From: Mobula hypostoma
Lineage: Eukaryota
Direction of reading: 5' to 3'
Assembly: GCF_963921235.1 (NCBI RefSeq)
Contig: NC_086108.1
Location: 110,176,001 to 110,240,000, forward strand
Length of the DNA stretch: 64,000 bases
The notes under the pieces are model-generated. The model ran no database searches. It was given only the letters and a program-made list of their open reading frames with translations, and was not told the origin of the DNA. This document shows, piece by piece, positions 14,001 through 26,618 of the stretch (its first letter is position 1; the number at the start of each line of letters is the position of its first letter). The position numbers and the translations under genes were made by a program.

Positions 14001-14404
14001 GTGAACTTGGCCTTTTCTCCTTGGAGCGATGGAAGATTTGAGGTGACCTGATAGAGGTATATAAGATGATGAGAGGCATTGATCATGTGGATAGTCAGAG
14101 GCTTTTTCCCAGGGCTGAAATGGCTAACATGAAAGGGTACAGTTTTAAGGTGCTTGGAAGTAGGTACAGAGCTGACGTCAGGGTTAAGTTTTTTTTATGC
14201 AGAGTCTGGGGAGTGCGTGGAATGGGCTGCCAGCAATGGTGATGGAGGCGATATAATAGTCTTTTAAGAGACTCTTGGATAGGTACATGGAGCTTAGAAA
14301 AATAGAGGGCTATGGGTAACCCTAGGTAATTTCTAAAGTACATGTTCAGCACAGCATTGTGGGCCGAAGGGCCTATATTGTGCTGTAGGTTTTCGATGTT
14401 TCTA
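11054..14404 (+). mobile_element. CR1 LINE retaining 5' UTR, ORF1 (zinc/leucine zipper + SGNH esterase) and a degraded ORF2 RT; endonuclease domain mostly deleted
   Basis: CVELQLLRDWVRELEMQLDDL; VGDSIVRG, VVHIGTSNI; FSKAFDKVPH, GSVLGPLLF, KYADD, RPHLEYCAQFWSPH; tail TTTCGATGTTTCTA. Confidence 0.92.
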
Positions 14405-14409
14405 CGTTT

Positions 14410-15833
14410 AATGGATATGGTCCTTGCACATCTGGGGAAGAGGGATGCTTATGTGAGAATGCTATTCTTGGACTACAGTTCAGCATTCAACGCCATAATT
14501 CCTCCAGGCTCGACAAGAAGCTCAGAGACCTTGGCATTCACCCTTCCTTGTGTAGCTGGACCCTGGACTTCCTGTCAGATCGCCGGCAGGTGGTAAGAGT
14601 GAGCTCCCTCACCTCTGCCTCTTTGACCCTCAACATAGGTGCCCCTCAGGGCTATGTACTAAGTCCCTGCTTTACTCTCTGTATACCCATGATTGTGTTG
14701 CCACCCCAGAGCTCCAATCTGCTAATTAAATCTGCTGATGACAGTATACTGATTGGCCGAATTTTAAATAATAATGAGGTAGCCTACAGAGAAGAAGTCA
14801 TCATCCTGACACAATGGTGTCAAGAAAACAACCTGTCCCTCAATGTCGCAAAAACAAGGGAGTTGTTTGTGGACTACAGGAGGAATGGAGACAGGCTAAC
14901 CCCTATTGACATCAATGGATTTGGGGTTGAGAGGGTGAACAGTTTTAAGTTCCTCGGCATACACATCACTGAGGATCTCACGTACATACTGTGGTCTGTA
15001 CATACTGGGTGTGTGGTGAAAAAGGCACAACAGCACCTCTTTCACCTCAGCTGAAGAAGTTTGGTATGGGCCCCCCCCCCAAATTCTATGAACTTTCTAT
15101 AGGGGCACAATTGAGAGCATCCTGACTGGCTGCATCGCTGCCTGGTATGGGGACTGTACTTCCCTCAATCTGTGTACATACATCTATTGATGCTTCTGGA
15201 CACATCTTCAGTGATTTTCCTGGAATCATCGGGTGTTTCAACATCATACAACCTCCTCCAGGTGACCCAGCCAGGGCTGATCAGACTCCAGCTTGTGTCC
15301 AGATGGCTAGCTACTTACGACTCCATGGCTCCCCTCTTTTGAGCCACAGCCATCTTGAGGCCCTCTCTGCCGCATCAGTGGTACTGTGGATGGCTCTCCT
15401 CTTCCTCTCTCCCTCGATGCCCAAAATGCTGAAGGCTCTAACTAATCACAGGACTCTGCAGAGAGTGGTGCAGACAGCCCAGCGCATCTGTAGATGTGAA
15501 CTTCCCACTATTCAGGATATTTTCAAAGACAGGTGTGTAAAAAGAGGCCGGAGGATCATTGGAGACCCAAATCAACCCAACCACAAACTGTTCCAGCTAC
15601 TACCATCTGCGAAGTGGTAAAAGCCAGGACTAAAGGCTCCAGGACAGCTTCTTCCACCAGGCCATCAGGCTGATTAACTTACGCTGACACTACTGAATTT
15701 CTATGTAATATTGACTGTCCTGTTGTACATATTTATAAATTACTATAATTGTACATTTAGACAGAGACGTAACGTAAAGATTTTTACTCCTCGTGTATAT
15801 GAAGGATGTAAGTAATAAAGTCAATTCAGTTCA
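14410..15833 (+). mobile_element. 5'-truncated Rex1/Babar LINE (interrupted at 15171-15445)
   Basis: [55 protein letters not shown]; tail AATAAAGTCAATTCAGTTCA. Confidence 0.9.
15171..15445 (-). mobile_element. 3' end of the REL-endonuclease LINE (same family as 58973-60251)
   Basis: Reverse complement aligns to about 59968-60251; short duplication AATC at 15167-15170 and 15444-15447; host reading resumes afterwards. Confidence 0.9.
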
Positions 15834-16568
15834 CTCTCCCAGGTTGACAGCAGTGATATTGCTCAGCAGAGTCACTGCCTTTCTAATAGCTATGTGAATT
15901 AAAACTTGAGGAGGGAATACTTATGTAAATTAACATGGGTCCCATACAGTAAAGTTCAAAAGCTTGGCTAAAAGCTGGGTGTACCACACAGGTACACATG
16001 TCCCCCACAGGTGTACATTTCCCCTCCCTACCCTACCCAATGGTGGGGATGATTACAATTGCCAGGATTCTAACCTGTAAAATTAGGGGCCCCACAGAAG
16101 CAGAGTGGTTAGCGCAATGCTATAACAGCCGGGAAAGTTGAAGTTTGGAGTTCAATTCCAATGTTACCTGTAAGGAGACTGTGTGTGCTCCCTGTGGAAT
16201 GTGTGGGTAATCTTCAAGTGCTCTGGTTTTCTTCCACAGTCCAAAGACCTACTGGTTTGTAGGTTATTAGGTGTTTGTAATTTGTTCTGTAGGGTTAAGT
16301 GACATAGCTCAAAGGGCCAGAAGGGCCTGTTCTATGCTGTATGTCAATAAAATAAAATTCCCTGACCATTTCTCTCCTCAAATTCTGGATATTTTGCCTA
16401 GTTGGTAGTCATCTTTTTGCAGCTGCCATCAGACGGGAGGTATAGAAGTCTGAATTTCCCACGTCACCAGCTTCAGGAGTACTGTAGTTGTTTTCCTTCA
16501 ACCAGTGCAACCCTAATCACTACAGTTCAGCCCACTGTGACCACTTTGTTCACTTTGCACTAAAATGA

Positions 16569-16723
16569 ACTTAATTTGAGTCCTGATGGATGGCCTCAGC
16601 CCAAAACATTGACTCTTTACTCCCTTCCGTAGATGCTGCCTGGTTTGCTAAGCTCCTCCAGCATCTTGTGTGTTGTTCAAGATTCCCAGCATTTGCAGAA
16701 TCTGTATTTTTGGTTTTTGATCG
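16569..16723 (+). mobile_element. Short decayed Penelope pLTR copy
   Basis: GAGTCCTGATGGATGGCCTCAGCCCAAAACATTGACTC...; TSD CTTTGC(A/C)CTAAAATGA at 16553-16568 and 16724-16739. Confidence 0.75.
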
Positions 16724-18057
16724 CTTTGCCCTAAAATGATCTTTTTCTTAATGTAAAAATAATGTTTGTTTGTGAATGCATCTGATGTAGTAATGCTGCT
16801 GTAAGTTTATTTCATTGCACTTGTACGTATATATACTTGTGCCTATGACAACAAACTCTACTTTGACTTTGATCTTGCCTAATAGCTTTTTGCTGTTAAA
16901 ATGCCATTAAACTAGGTAAAAGATCTAAGTTCTGTGCGGAAGGAATCTCAGGGAATGAATTTTATTTAAACTAAATCTAGCATGGAATAGGCCCTTACGG
17001 CCATTGGAGTTGTGCTGCCCAGTAACCCACTGATTTAACCCTAGCCCAGTCACGGGACAATTTACAATGACCAATTAACCAACTAACCAGTACATCTTTG
17101 GACAGTGGGAGGAAACTGCAGTATCTGGAGTAAACCCACACATACGGAAGGAACGTAACAAACCTGTTTAGCTAACTGCTACGCTACTGTGGTGTTCATT
17201 GTACTTAGTATTTCAGCAGCAGTAATCATTGGCTCCATTGGTGGAACTATTAAACTTTCAGATTACTAATGAGCCACTTTAAGGAGTGATAATCTTTTTC
17301 AAAGCTTAAGATATTATAGAGTATTACAAAATTTGAATGGTGAGATTTTGGATGAATTTTAAAAAATGATGAAGGTTTTAAGGTCGTGATGTTGCCGAAT
17401 GAATTTCATGTAAGTGAGGTGGTAGTGAGCACTTTAAGACCTCTTCCTGAAATTATCTTGGCTTCAGAAATTCCCAAAATGTTATCATCTCTGGACCTTT
17501 GGTTTCTTCCCATAGTCCAAAGATGTGCTTGTTGGTAGGTTGATTGGTCATTGTAAATTGTTCCTTAATTAGGCTCAGGTTAAACTGGAGGATTGCTGGG
17601 TGGCACAGCTTGCCATATCTTAATAAATATATCTGTCTCTATATATGCTGTTTGATATTTGGCAGCCAATAATATGTGCACAAACCACAATATCTATAAT
17701 TTAAAGGTAGTTAATGTTTTGAGCCAAGTTTCAGTAGAGGTACTAAATTGAATCTGTTGAGTCTGTTCATTTGCTTCTACACTTGTTAGTTTCATAAATT
17801 ATATAAAGTCAATTAGAATCAGGTTAAATATCAGTAGCATATGTTGTATAATATGTTGTTTTGCGATAGCAATACATTGCATTACATAATAAAAATCTCT
17901 TGTTCGATTAGCTTGAGCCCCCAATTACACCCATGTGACCAATGAAACTACTAACCAATACAGACACGAGGAAATCTGCAGATGCTGGAAATTCAAGCAA
18001 CACACACAAAAATTGCTGGTGAACGCAGCAGGACAGGCAGCATCCATAGGAAGAGGT

Positions 18058-18099
18058 ACAGTCGACGTTTCGGGCCGAGACCCTTCGTCAGGACTAACT
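18058..18099 (-). ncRNA. Minimal type-I hammerhead ribozyme, intact core
   Basis: Minus strand AGUUAGUC CUGACGA A GGGU-CUCG-GCCC GAAA CG UC GACUGU: stem I AGUC/GACU, 4-bp stem II, palindromic ACGU helix III, GUC site. Confidence 0.85.
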
Positions 18100-18449
18100 G
18101 AAAGAAGAGATACTAAGAGATTTGAGAGGGGGAAGGGGAGATTTGAAATGATAGGAGAAGACAGGAGGGGGAGGGATGGAGCCAAGAGCTGGAAAGTTGA
18201 TTGACAAAAGGGATATGAGAGGGTCATGGGATGGGAGGCCTAGGGTGAAAGAAAGGGGGAGGGGGAAGCCCAGAGGATGGGCAAGGAGTATAGTGAGAGG
18301 GACCGAGGGAAAAAAAGGAGAGAGAGAGAAGAAAAACATAATAAATAAATAACAGATGGGGTACGAAGGGGAGGTGGGGCATTAACGGAAGTTAGAGAAG
18401 TTCAGGCCATCAGGTTGGAAGCTACCCAGAGGGAATATAAGGTGTTGTC

Positions 18450-18623
18450 CCAGTGGCCACACATTTTAATTCCACGTCCCATTCCCATTCTGATATGTCT
18501 ATCCACGGCCTCCTTCACTGTCAAGATGAAGCCACATTCAGGTTGGAGGAACAACACCTTATATTCCGTCTGGGTAGCCTCCAACCTGATGGCATCAACA
18601 TTGACTTCTCTAACTTCAGTTAA
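18450..18623 (+). pseudogene. C-terminus of Penelope GIY-YIG endonuclease
   Basis: PVATHFNSTSHSHSDMSIHGLLHCQDEATFRLEEQHLIFRLGSLQPDGINIDFSNFS*; PVA.HFN and E..I..L..L.P.G.N are the typical PLE GIY-YIG C-terminal motifs. Confidence 0.85.
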
Positions 18624-18911
18624 TGCCTCACCTCCCCCTCATATCCCATCCATTATTTATTATTATTATTAATTATTTGTTTTTTGCTCTCCTTTTTCTC
18701 CCTCTGTCCCTCTCACTATACTCCTTGCCGATCCTCTGGGCTTCCCCTCCCCCTTTCTTTCTCCCTAGGCCTCCTGTCCCATGATCCTCTCATATCCCTT
18801 TTGCCAATCACCTGTCCAGCTCTTGGCTCCATCCCTCCCCCTCCTGTCTTCTCCTATCATTTCGGATCTTCCCCTCCCCCTCCAACTTTCAAATCTCTTA
18901 CTGTCTCTTTT

Positions 18912-18953
18912 AGTTAGTCCTGATGAAGGGTCTCGGCCCAAAACATCAACTGT
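18912..18953 (+). ncRNA. Hammerhead copy, inactivated (GAAA to AAAA)
   Basis: AGTC CTGATGA AGGGTCTCGGCCC AAAA CA TC AACT. Confidence 0.7.
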
Positions 18954-19515
18954 ACCTCTGCTGCCTGGCCTGCTGCGTTCACCAGCAATTTTTGTGTGTA
19001 ACCAATACTGTATGTCTTGGGATTTGGGAGGAAATCCACACGGTCATGGGGAGAATGTAAAAGCTCCTTGCACACGGCAGCAAAATTGAACCTGAATCGC
19101 TGTGCTGTAAAACTGCTTATACTACTACGTTTTTAATGGCGCTGACTCAAATGCGGAGTTCTGTAGCATTTTGTATGCATTGCATTTATGATTGTACAAA
19201 CTTTATTAGTGACTCTGCAGTTTTAGGGTTGCCTGTCATATTTAGCAAGTTTAGATCAGAGATGTGTTTGAGGTATTTTTCAGCATTGTATGAATTTAGA
19301 TACAAGTCATAAACACGATTTTGCAGAGGCTGGAAATTTTGAGCAACGCAGTGCTGGAGGAACAGCAAATCAGGCAGCATGTATAGAGAGGAATAAACAG
19401 TGGATATTACACGCTGACACCATTCATCAAGACTTACCAATTGACTCTTATAGTTTTATATTGTGTACTTGGCACCCATCATTTTACGAAGTTCTGATAG
19501 GAACTTGGTAAAGGC

Positions 19516-20045
19516 GTGGTTGAGTGTGCGCTGACCTTTTGCATCACAACCTGGTACTCCAGCTGCAGTGCTGTCGACAAAAAAGCCTTGCAGAGGGTGG
19601 TTAGGGGAGCAGAGAAGGTTATTGGGGTCTCCCTACCTTCTGTCTAAGACCTCTTTCAGAGTCAATGCCTCCAGAAGACACGGTACATCATAAAAGACCC
19701 CTCACACCCTCTCCATGAACTGTTTGTTCTTCTGCCATCAGGCAAACGTGACAGGAGCATCAAAACTAAAACCACAAGGCTACTAAACAGCTTCCTCCCA
19801 CAGGCAGTCAGACTGCTAAATAGCTGCTCTACCTGACTCTGCTTTGGACACTCTTAACTTGCACTGGACTCTTATAACTGATTTTAACTGACATGTGGCT
19901 GTTGTGTTTTACTATTTATTGTTATGCTTATTATTTAGTGTTGCGTTTGTTAATGTTATGATTGCACTGCCCCTGAGAAACGCTGTCTCATTCTGCCCTG
20001 CAGGGCTGATGTATGGTTAGAATGACAGTAAAAGTTTTTTGAATC
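19516..20045 (+). mobile_element. Rex1/Babar LINE 3' fragment of another subfamily
   Basis: Translates VVECALTFCITTWYSSCSAVDKKALQRVVRGAEKVIG...HELFVLLPSGKR...NSFLPQAVRLLN. Confidence 0.8.
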
Positions 20046-22704
20046 TTTTGAAATGTAAGCGTGGCAGACTGCAAGGGAGTCTCAGCAGCAGATGACTAAT
20101 TGCCCTGCAGAAATTAGCTACTGTGGTGTGGCTTTTTCGCACCTGTTGATGTTCTGCAGCCGCTTCATCTGGAGGAAATGTGCTGCTGCTCTACTTTGTC
20201 TGGGGGAGATGCACTAGTGAAACTTCTTTGTTAATGGCCAGTCAATTTCACAATTTCTGCACTGAAATGTTGCAGTCACTGTACTGGATTCCTCGTATAC
20301 CCTCACAGTCGGTGCTGTTTTCAAGGTCTGTTTTGTCTCCTATTTGTCATTGAACATAGGGACATGTCATCAGACGTCCGTCAGCAGATCAGCATAATTA
20401 TAAGCTTTTAAATGGTTTGACGCAATTAGTCTTGGTTTCTCTTCTATTTGCCAGAGCGCGCAGTATGCTAATACTTGATCTGTGTTGTCAGTGACTTGTT
20501 CCAACTAAACCAATGCTACAATGAAATTGTCCAGTGCACTTGATGCACCTCCCTTTTTTTGTCATATTGGATTTGCCTGCGTGGTAATGCAGATGTGGGG
20601 AACCTCTGCATTGAACCCAGCTAATCCATATCTGTATTTGTTCAATGTAAGAAAAATTCCATTCAGCTTCATGGAGCCTGTCACTTTATCCCCTTTTTCA
20701 TAACTTTATATAGCTTTCTTTTAAATTTATCTTGCAATTAACTGTCAGAGTAGCAAAATTTTACGCATGAGCACACTCAGCAACAAGGTGGTGCTGATAA
20801 GTGGCCACTCTTTCTGTGCAGCTGTTCCTGTTTTGGACTACTACAGATGAAATCCAGTCTGTCAGACATGGGTAATTCAGTAAGCAACATTGTTTTAAGA
20901 TGTTTAAAAAATCTATAGCAAAAAATTTAATGAGATACACCAGTGATTTCAGTGTAATTCTGATATCAGTTGAATGGATTTGCCTGTAGAACCTGGCTTT
21001 CAGAGTTAAAAGTACATTTATTATCGAAGTACGTATATGTCACCATATACTATCCTGAGATTCATATTTTGCAGGCATTCACTTTTAAAACAAATACAAT
21101 ACGGCATGTTGTAAAATTTGTTTCATTGACCATACAGAAATCTGATGGTAGAGGGGAAGAAGCTTTTCCTGAAACATTTGAGTGTGTGTCTTGATGGTAG
21201 CACTGAGAAGAGGGTATGTCCTGGGTGGTAGGCATCTTTAATGATGGATGCTGCCTTCTTGAGGCATTACCTTTTGAAGGTGTCCATGCTGCTGAGGAGG
21301 CTGGTGCCCATGCTGGAGTTGGCTGAGTTTACAACGTTCTACAGCTTTTTCCAATGTGCAAAAGAAGACAAACTGCAAATACATACAAAAAATTATAAGT
21401 AATATTGAGAACATGAGTTGTTGAGTCCTTGAGAGTCCATACGTTTGAAGCTTTCAAGATAGATAGAGCTGCCTTCTGTATTAAGCTTTGTGGTTTCTAC
21501 TGCATTAGTTACATACAAGTTATGCCAGTGTTATTGCAAGAGCTTCTGTTGCACAATGAACCTTTCCAGACACTGTTTAATATGAGTCAGTGAATGTTCT
21601 CAGTTGTACCTGATGAACGTCTGAAAAGCAATTGACTGTTTTCTTCAGCTGAATGGGTTTTTAAAACAAAATAAACTGTAACATCTTGGTGGTCATAGTT
21701 GAGATGTCCTTCCTGTTGAGCAGCATTGCTAACTACCAGCCGCTTTTAATTGTGCAAAAAAACTTTATTTCAGATGAGGGGATTAATCCATTTGCCAGTT
21801 TGTGAAAGACAGGGAATGAGGCATAGTTAGGGTATATTGCTTTTCTTTAAACTGACCTCCATTTCAGCATCTGAAATGGATGGGAAAAATGTAAGTTAAT
21901 GATCAGGGAATTCTTCAATGTCCTGTCCAATTTTTGACCTTGCCATTTTTGTTTTAAAACAAAGCTCAATGTAGTTAGGGGATCTTGGTTATACAACTAT
22001 AAGACACAGCAGAATTAGGCCATTCGACCCATTGAGTCTTCACTATTTCATCGTGGCTGATTTATTATCACTTTCAGCTTCATTCTCCTGCCTTTTCCCG
22101 TAACCTTAGACATTCTTACTAATCAAGAACCTATTCGTATCCACTTTAAATATATCCAGCGAATCAGCCTCCAAGGCAATAAATTCCACAAATTCACCAC
22201 CCTCCTGCTAAAGAAATTCCTCCCCATCTGTCAGTTTTTTTGTAAAGCAGAATACTTCATTGGCTATGATACTTTGAGGTGGATTTAATAGCAAGCTCTT
22301 AGCTTATTGCTATTTGATTCATCTTGCCATGCACAAAATGGCATCGTATACTTGTATTGATAAATTAGTTCTGCTAAGCCCTGAGTTATTTAACATGCAG
22401 TGCAGTTCTGCAGTTCATGATGCACTTGTACTGTATTATATAAACTTAATCCTGCTATTCAGGGCAGCTTTGGGAGGCAGTGTTAAGCAAGTGTAACAGC
22501 TTCAAGCTGTTGTACTACAGTTTCTCTCACTTCTGTATGTTCAGTTGTGTGTGTATGTACACACACAACAATTGAAGAATTTAAGAAGTAGTACTAGATG
22601 CAGGTTGATACGGTGTTCGCTGTGACAAGACAGTAATAAATGACAGTAATAAATGCTATAACCTGCAACAGTTGTTGCGGAAAGAACTTCCTCTTTGAAG
22701 GCAG

Positions 22705-23060
22705 ATCTCATTGAAATGGTTCGAGTATTGGAAAGGCTTAGACAGAGTAGAGGTGGAAAGGAAGTTTCCTTATGCTGGGGGAGTCTAGTACCAGAGAGTA
22801 CAGTCTCAGAATAGAGGGGTGTCCATTTAGAACAGATAAGGAGGAATTTCTTTAGCCAGTGGGTGGTGAATCTATGGATTTCATTGCCACAGATGGTTGT
22901 GAAGGACAAGTCATTGGGTATATTTAAAGTGGAGGTTATTAAGTTCTTGATTAGTCAGGATGTTAAAGGTTATGGGGAGAAGACAGGAGAATGGGGTTGA
23001 GAGGAAAGATAAATTAGCTTTGATGGAATGGTGGAGGAGACTCGAGGGCCAAACAGTCTT
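22705..23060 (+). mobile_element. CR1 3' fragment (others near 21995, 23750, 26625, 35725, 37000, 39735, 49125, 56010, 56750, 57430, 62350)
   Basis: GAGGAATTTCTTTAGCCAG..GGTGGTGAATCT.TGG (RNFFSQRVVNLW motif) and CR1 3' UTR. Confidence 0.8.
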
Positions 23061-24538
23061 GTGGACTACTTTCCCTCCATTTCAAAAAATTAAGCTCATG
23101 GCGAAAGTTTGTAAGTGGAGAGTTAGAGGTTCCTCCAGGACGTCCAGTGCCTTCATGATATCCAATCTTTGTAGGGCAGTTGCGGGAGGCCAGTGATTCT
23201 CTTGCCTGAAACCAGCTCACCATAGAGGATATCTTTTGAGATGCAACCATCACACAAGTGGCAGGAATTACCTAGCCAATACAGCATCTGCAGAATCCCT
23301 TGTGTTATCTGAAAATGATCTTTAAACAAAGCTGAAGCAGTGCCTAAACCTCCACTTTACGTTTTGTTTTTGAAACTCACTCCATTTATGGGCCTCAGAA
23401 TGATGGTCAATGTTAATTGGTCATTAAAAGCCAACCTGGCAGCCATGACCTGTGTCTATGTGTGCAGGAAAATTAATCTTCAGCTTCAATCAACATGTGT
23501 CCCCCTCCCAACATGTTTGCCACCCAGAGTTCATATCAAGGTTTTTTAAAGAGTTCTGTCACCTTGTTTGCTTTTGGTCAACAAATGCTGGTAGTTTGTG
23601 ATGGTATTCAGTTCAAAATGATCATGTGTAATTTGGGAAAGTCAGTATCTGACTGTATAAGGTTTGATGCACTCTTTTTGGCAAGCATACTATCTTTCCG
23701 CCTGCTGCTTTGCTTTGTCTTCATGTTACTTTTTTCCTCCCACTGTTAGAATATAGAACATAGAACAGCACAGTTTGCCTGTTTTTTGCCTATGATGTGT
23801 CGACCTTTTAACCTACTTCAAGATCAATCTCACCTTTCCCTCCCACATAGTCCTCCATTTTTCTCTCATCCACGTGCCTTTCTGAGAGTTCCTTAATGTC
23901 GGTTCAAAATACATTTATCAAGATAGGTATACTTTATACAACCTTGATACTTCTCTGTTTACGGACAGCCACAGAGCAAAGAACACGTTAAAAACAAAAG
24001 AGCATCGAACAGCCCATGTGCAGAGAGTAAACAAAATAAAGTATTTGCCTCTACCACCATTCCAGCAGCATGTTTCACACACTTACCACTCTGTTCTTTT
24101 TTAAAAAAAAAGTTACCCTCTGACATTCCCCTACACTTCCCTTCAATCATCTTAAAATTATACCCCCTCATATTAGTCATTTCCACCCGGAAAAGGTCTC
24201 TGGCTGTTCACTTGATCTGTGCCTCCTGTTCACCTCCATAAATTCATTTCTCATCTTCCTTCATTCCAAAGGGTAAAGCCCTAACTTGCTCAGCCTTCCC
24301 TTATGAGTGTTGGCATGGAGGCAAGGTGACACTTGCGGACGGTGCAGCAATATCCTCATTGATTTGATATGCAAATGTAATTGCGATGGTGCTTCCCATT
24401 GCAGCCCAGTGGGTGTGGGGTGCCATAGTGGGGCATCAGAGTTCAGAGTTGAATTCTGGCATCCTCTGTAAGAGTATGTGTACATTCTTCCTGTGAGCAT
24501 GAGGGTTTCCTCCCACTGTCCAAAGAACTACCAGTGAG

Positions 24539-24701
24539 CACGAGTGACTCTGTCTTGCCACTGGATCCAGATGGGAATTGGGAAGAGAGAGTGAGGCTGA
24601 CGCTGCGCAGCTCTCCCTCACGTGAATCCATATCATGTGCTAGTCTCGACACCATCATAATGGTGTTGAGGTCTTCATCGACGTTGACGATGGACGAACA
24701 C
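24539..24701 (+). mobile_element. Short retroposon 3' fragment nested in a SINE
   Basis: TSD ACCAGTGAG at 24530-24538 and 24702-24710. Confidence 0.7.
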
Positions 24702-24722
24702 ACCAGTGAGTAGATTAATTGG

Positions 24723-25367
24723 AGAGTGCAGCGCATGCGGCCACTCCGGTGAATGATATCTGTAATCTGTCAAGTAAGGTACCGTGCACAATTCTGATTT
24801 GATGGAGACAGACGCGAGAGAGTACTGAGGAACATCTGGAGAAACTTCTGAAATGCCCGCTTCGCTGCTGCTGCTACTGTGTGGTGCGGAATCTCCGGAG
24901 GAGAAGGCCCCAAATCCTCGGCTTTGCTTGTTTTGGTGGCCGGGGTGAGGTTGATGGCGCTCGGGAGGTGGTATCGGAGGGGCTGGTCGGAGGCTCGAAG
25001 TTTTCGGATGGACGGACTCAGTGTCAGCTGTTGTCGGGTGCTTCCAATGCATCGGCAGTTGTCGGTCCCTGGAGGTTTATGGCAGGGAGTTTCTCCCTTT
25101 TGCCACCTGTTATTCGGGACTCGGGAGTCAATCGGGACTTGAGACTTTTTTTTTACTGTGCCCATGGTCTGCTCTTCATCAAGTTATGGTATTGCTTTGC
25201 ACTGCTGTAACTATATGTTATAATTATGTGGTTCTGTCAGTGTTAGTCTTTGGTTTGTCCTGTTTTTCTATGATATCACTCTGGAGGAACATTGTATCAC
25301 TTCTTAATGCATGCATTTCTAAATGACAATAAACGAGGACTGAGTGTTCTCATAATCTAAAAAAAAA
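24723..25367 (+). mobile_element. Young CpG-rich non-autonomous retroelement (~645 bp) nested in the same SINE
   Basis: Interrupts the SINE motif TAATTGG|TCATTGTAAATTG; ends TGACAATAAACGAGGACTGAGTGTTCTCATAATCT-A run; no recognisable coding motif. Confidence 0.7.
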
Positions 25368-26344
25368 TCGGTCATTGTAAATTGTTCTATGATTAGGCTA
25401 GGGTTAAATAAGTGGGTGCTGGGCAGCACAACTCCTTGGGCTGGAAGGATCTGTTCCTGAATCAGATTTAATAACGTTGGCATATGTTGTGAAATTTGTT
25501 TTGCAGCAGCTGAAAATTGCAATACATAAAACTATAAATTACTCAAGAAAAAAGTTAAATAGTGCAAAAAGAGTTTTAAAAAAATTAGTGAGGTTAGTGT
25601 ACATGTGAAGTGCTGTATCTCTGAAATAAAATAGGTTGTTGCAGGCATGTGAAATTGCACACACAGCTGTTGTGATGCAAGGCTGCATGCTGTAGTAAGT
25701 TAGTTCAGAAATGTTGTCATTGCCTCTTAGCCAATTCAAATTTGCAATTCAAATGTGAATTGTTATTGGGACTTCTGACTTGCTTAACCGCTTCCCTACA
25801 CAGATCATATTGACATCAGTTTAAAATGCATTCAGTGACCATATCTTGCACTGAGATCATTTGCCAAAATGTTGGGCACATTCCTAACTTTACATGGTGG
25901 CGCAGTATCGCAGTGGTTAGTGCAACGCTTTACAGCACTACTAACCACAGTTCAATTCCCGCAGCTATCTGTAAAGAGTTTGTAATTATTTATTTAGAGA
26001 TATGTCGCACAATAGGCCCCTCCGGCTTTTCGAGCTGCACTGCCAGCAACCCTTGATTTACGAGCCCAGTCATGGGTCAATTTACAACGACCAATCAACC
26101 TACTAACTGGTACGTCTTTGGACTGCGGAAACTCGTGAGTACATGTAAAGGATGTAGAAACGTCCTTACAGAGGATGCCAGGATCAGACTTATAACTCTG
26201 ATGCCCCGGGCTGTAATAGTATCGTGCTAACTGCTATGCTACCATGGCGCCCATGACTCTGAACTGTACTTCTCCCCATAACTGTATGAGCTTCCTTTGG
26301 GTGTTCTTGTTTCCTCCTATTTAACATGAGTAAGTTGTGGGCAT

Positions 26345-26618
26345 CACGAGGAAATCTGCAGATGCTGGAAATTCAAGCAACACACAAAATGCTGGTGGAA
26401 CACAGCAGGCCAGACAACATCCATGGGAAGAAGCACAGTCGACGTTTCGGGCTGCGACCCTTCATCAGGAAGAGATGGTAAGAGATTTGAAAGAGGGAGG
26501 GGGAGATCCAAAATGATAGGAGAAGACAGGAGGGGGAGGGATAGAGCTAAGAGCTGGATAGTTGATTGGCAAAAGGGATACAAGGCCGGAGAAGGGCGAG
26601 GATCATGGGACGGGAGGC
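26345..26618 (-). mobile_element. Penelope pLTR fragment with hammerhead core at 26435-26470 (5' strand of stem I deleted)
   Basis: Minus strand UC CUGAUGA AGGGUCGCAGCCC GAAA CG UC GACUGU. Confidence 0.85.

Larger units (their letters stand above)
17962..18998. mobile_element. Penelope-like element, tail-out inverted duplication, inserted in a SINE
   Basis: Minus arm ~17964-18448 and plus arm ~18450-18998; TSD TAACCAATAC at 17952-17961 and 18999-19008; the SINE continues on both sides. Confidence 0.9.

Noticed and set aside
15147..15620. 157-aa ORF as a novel fusion protein
   Set aside because: Chance read-through of an antisense REL-LINE fragment into a Rex1/Babar frame.
17925..18227. Recurrent ORFs with VSPDEGSRPETST / VNAAGQAASIGRGTVDVSGRDPSSG as a protein family
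   Set aside because: They are translations of the non-coding Penelope pLTR and ribozyme; frames and stops vary between copies.
24675..25326. Cluster of overlapping 90-130 aa ORFs as a gene
   Set aside because: A GC-rich inserted repeat open in many frames, with no recognisable domain.
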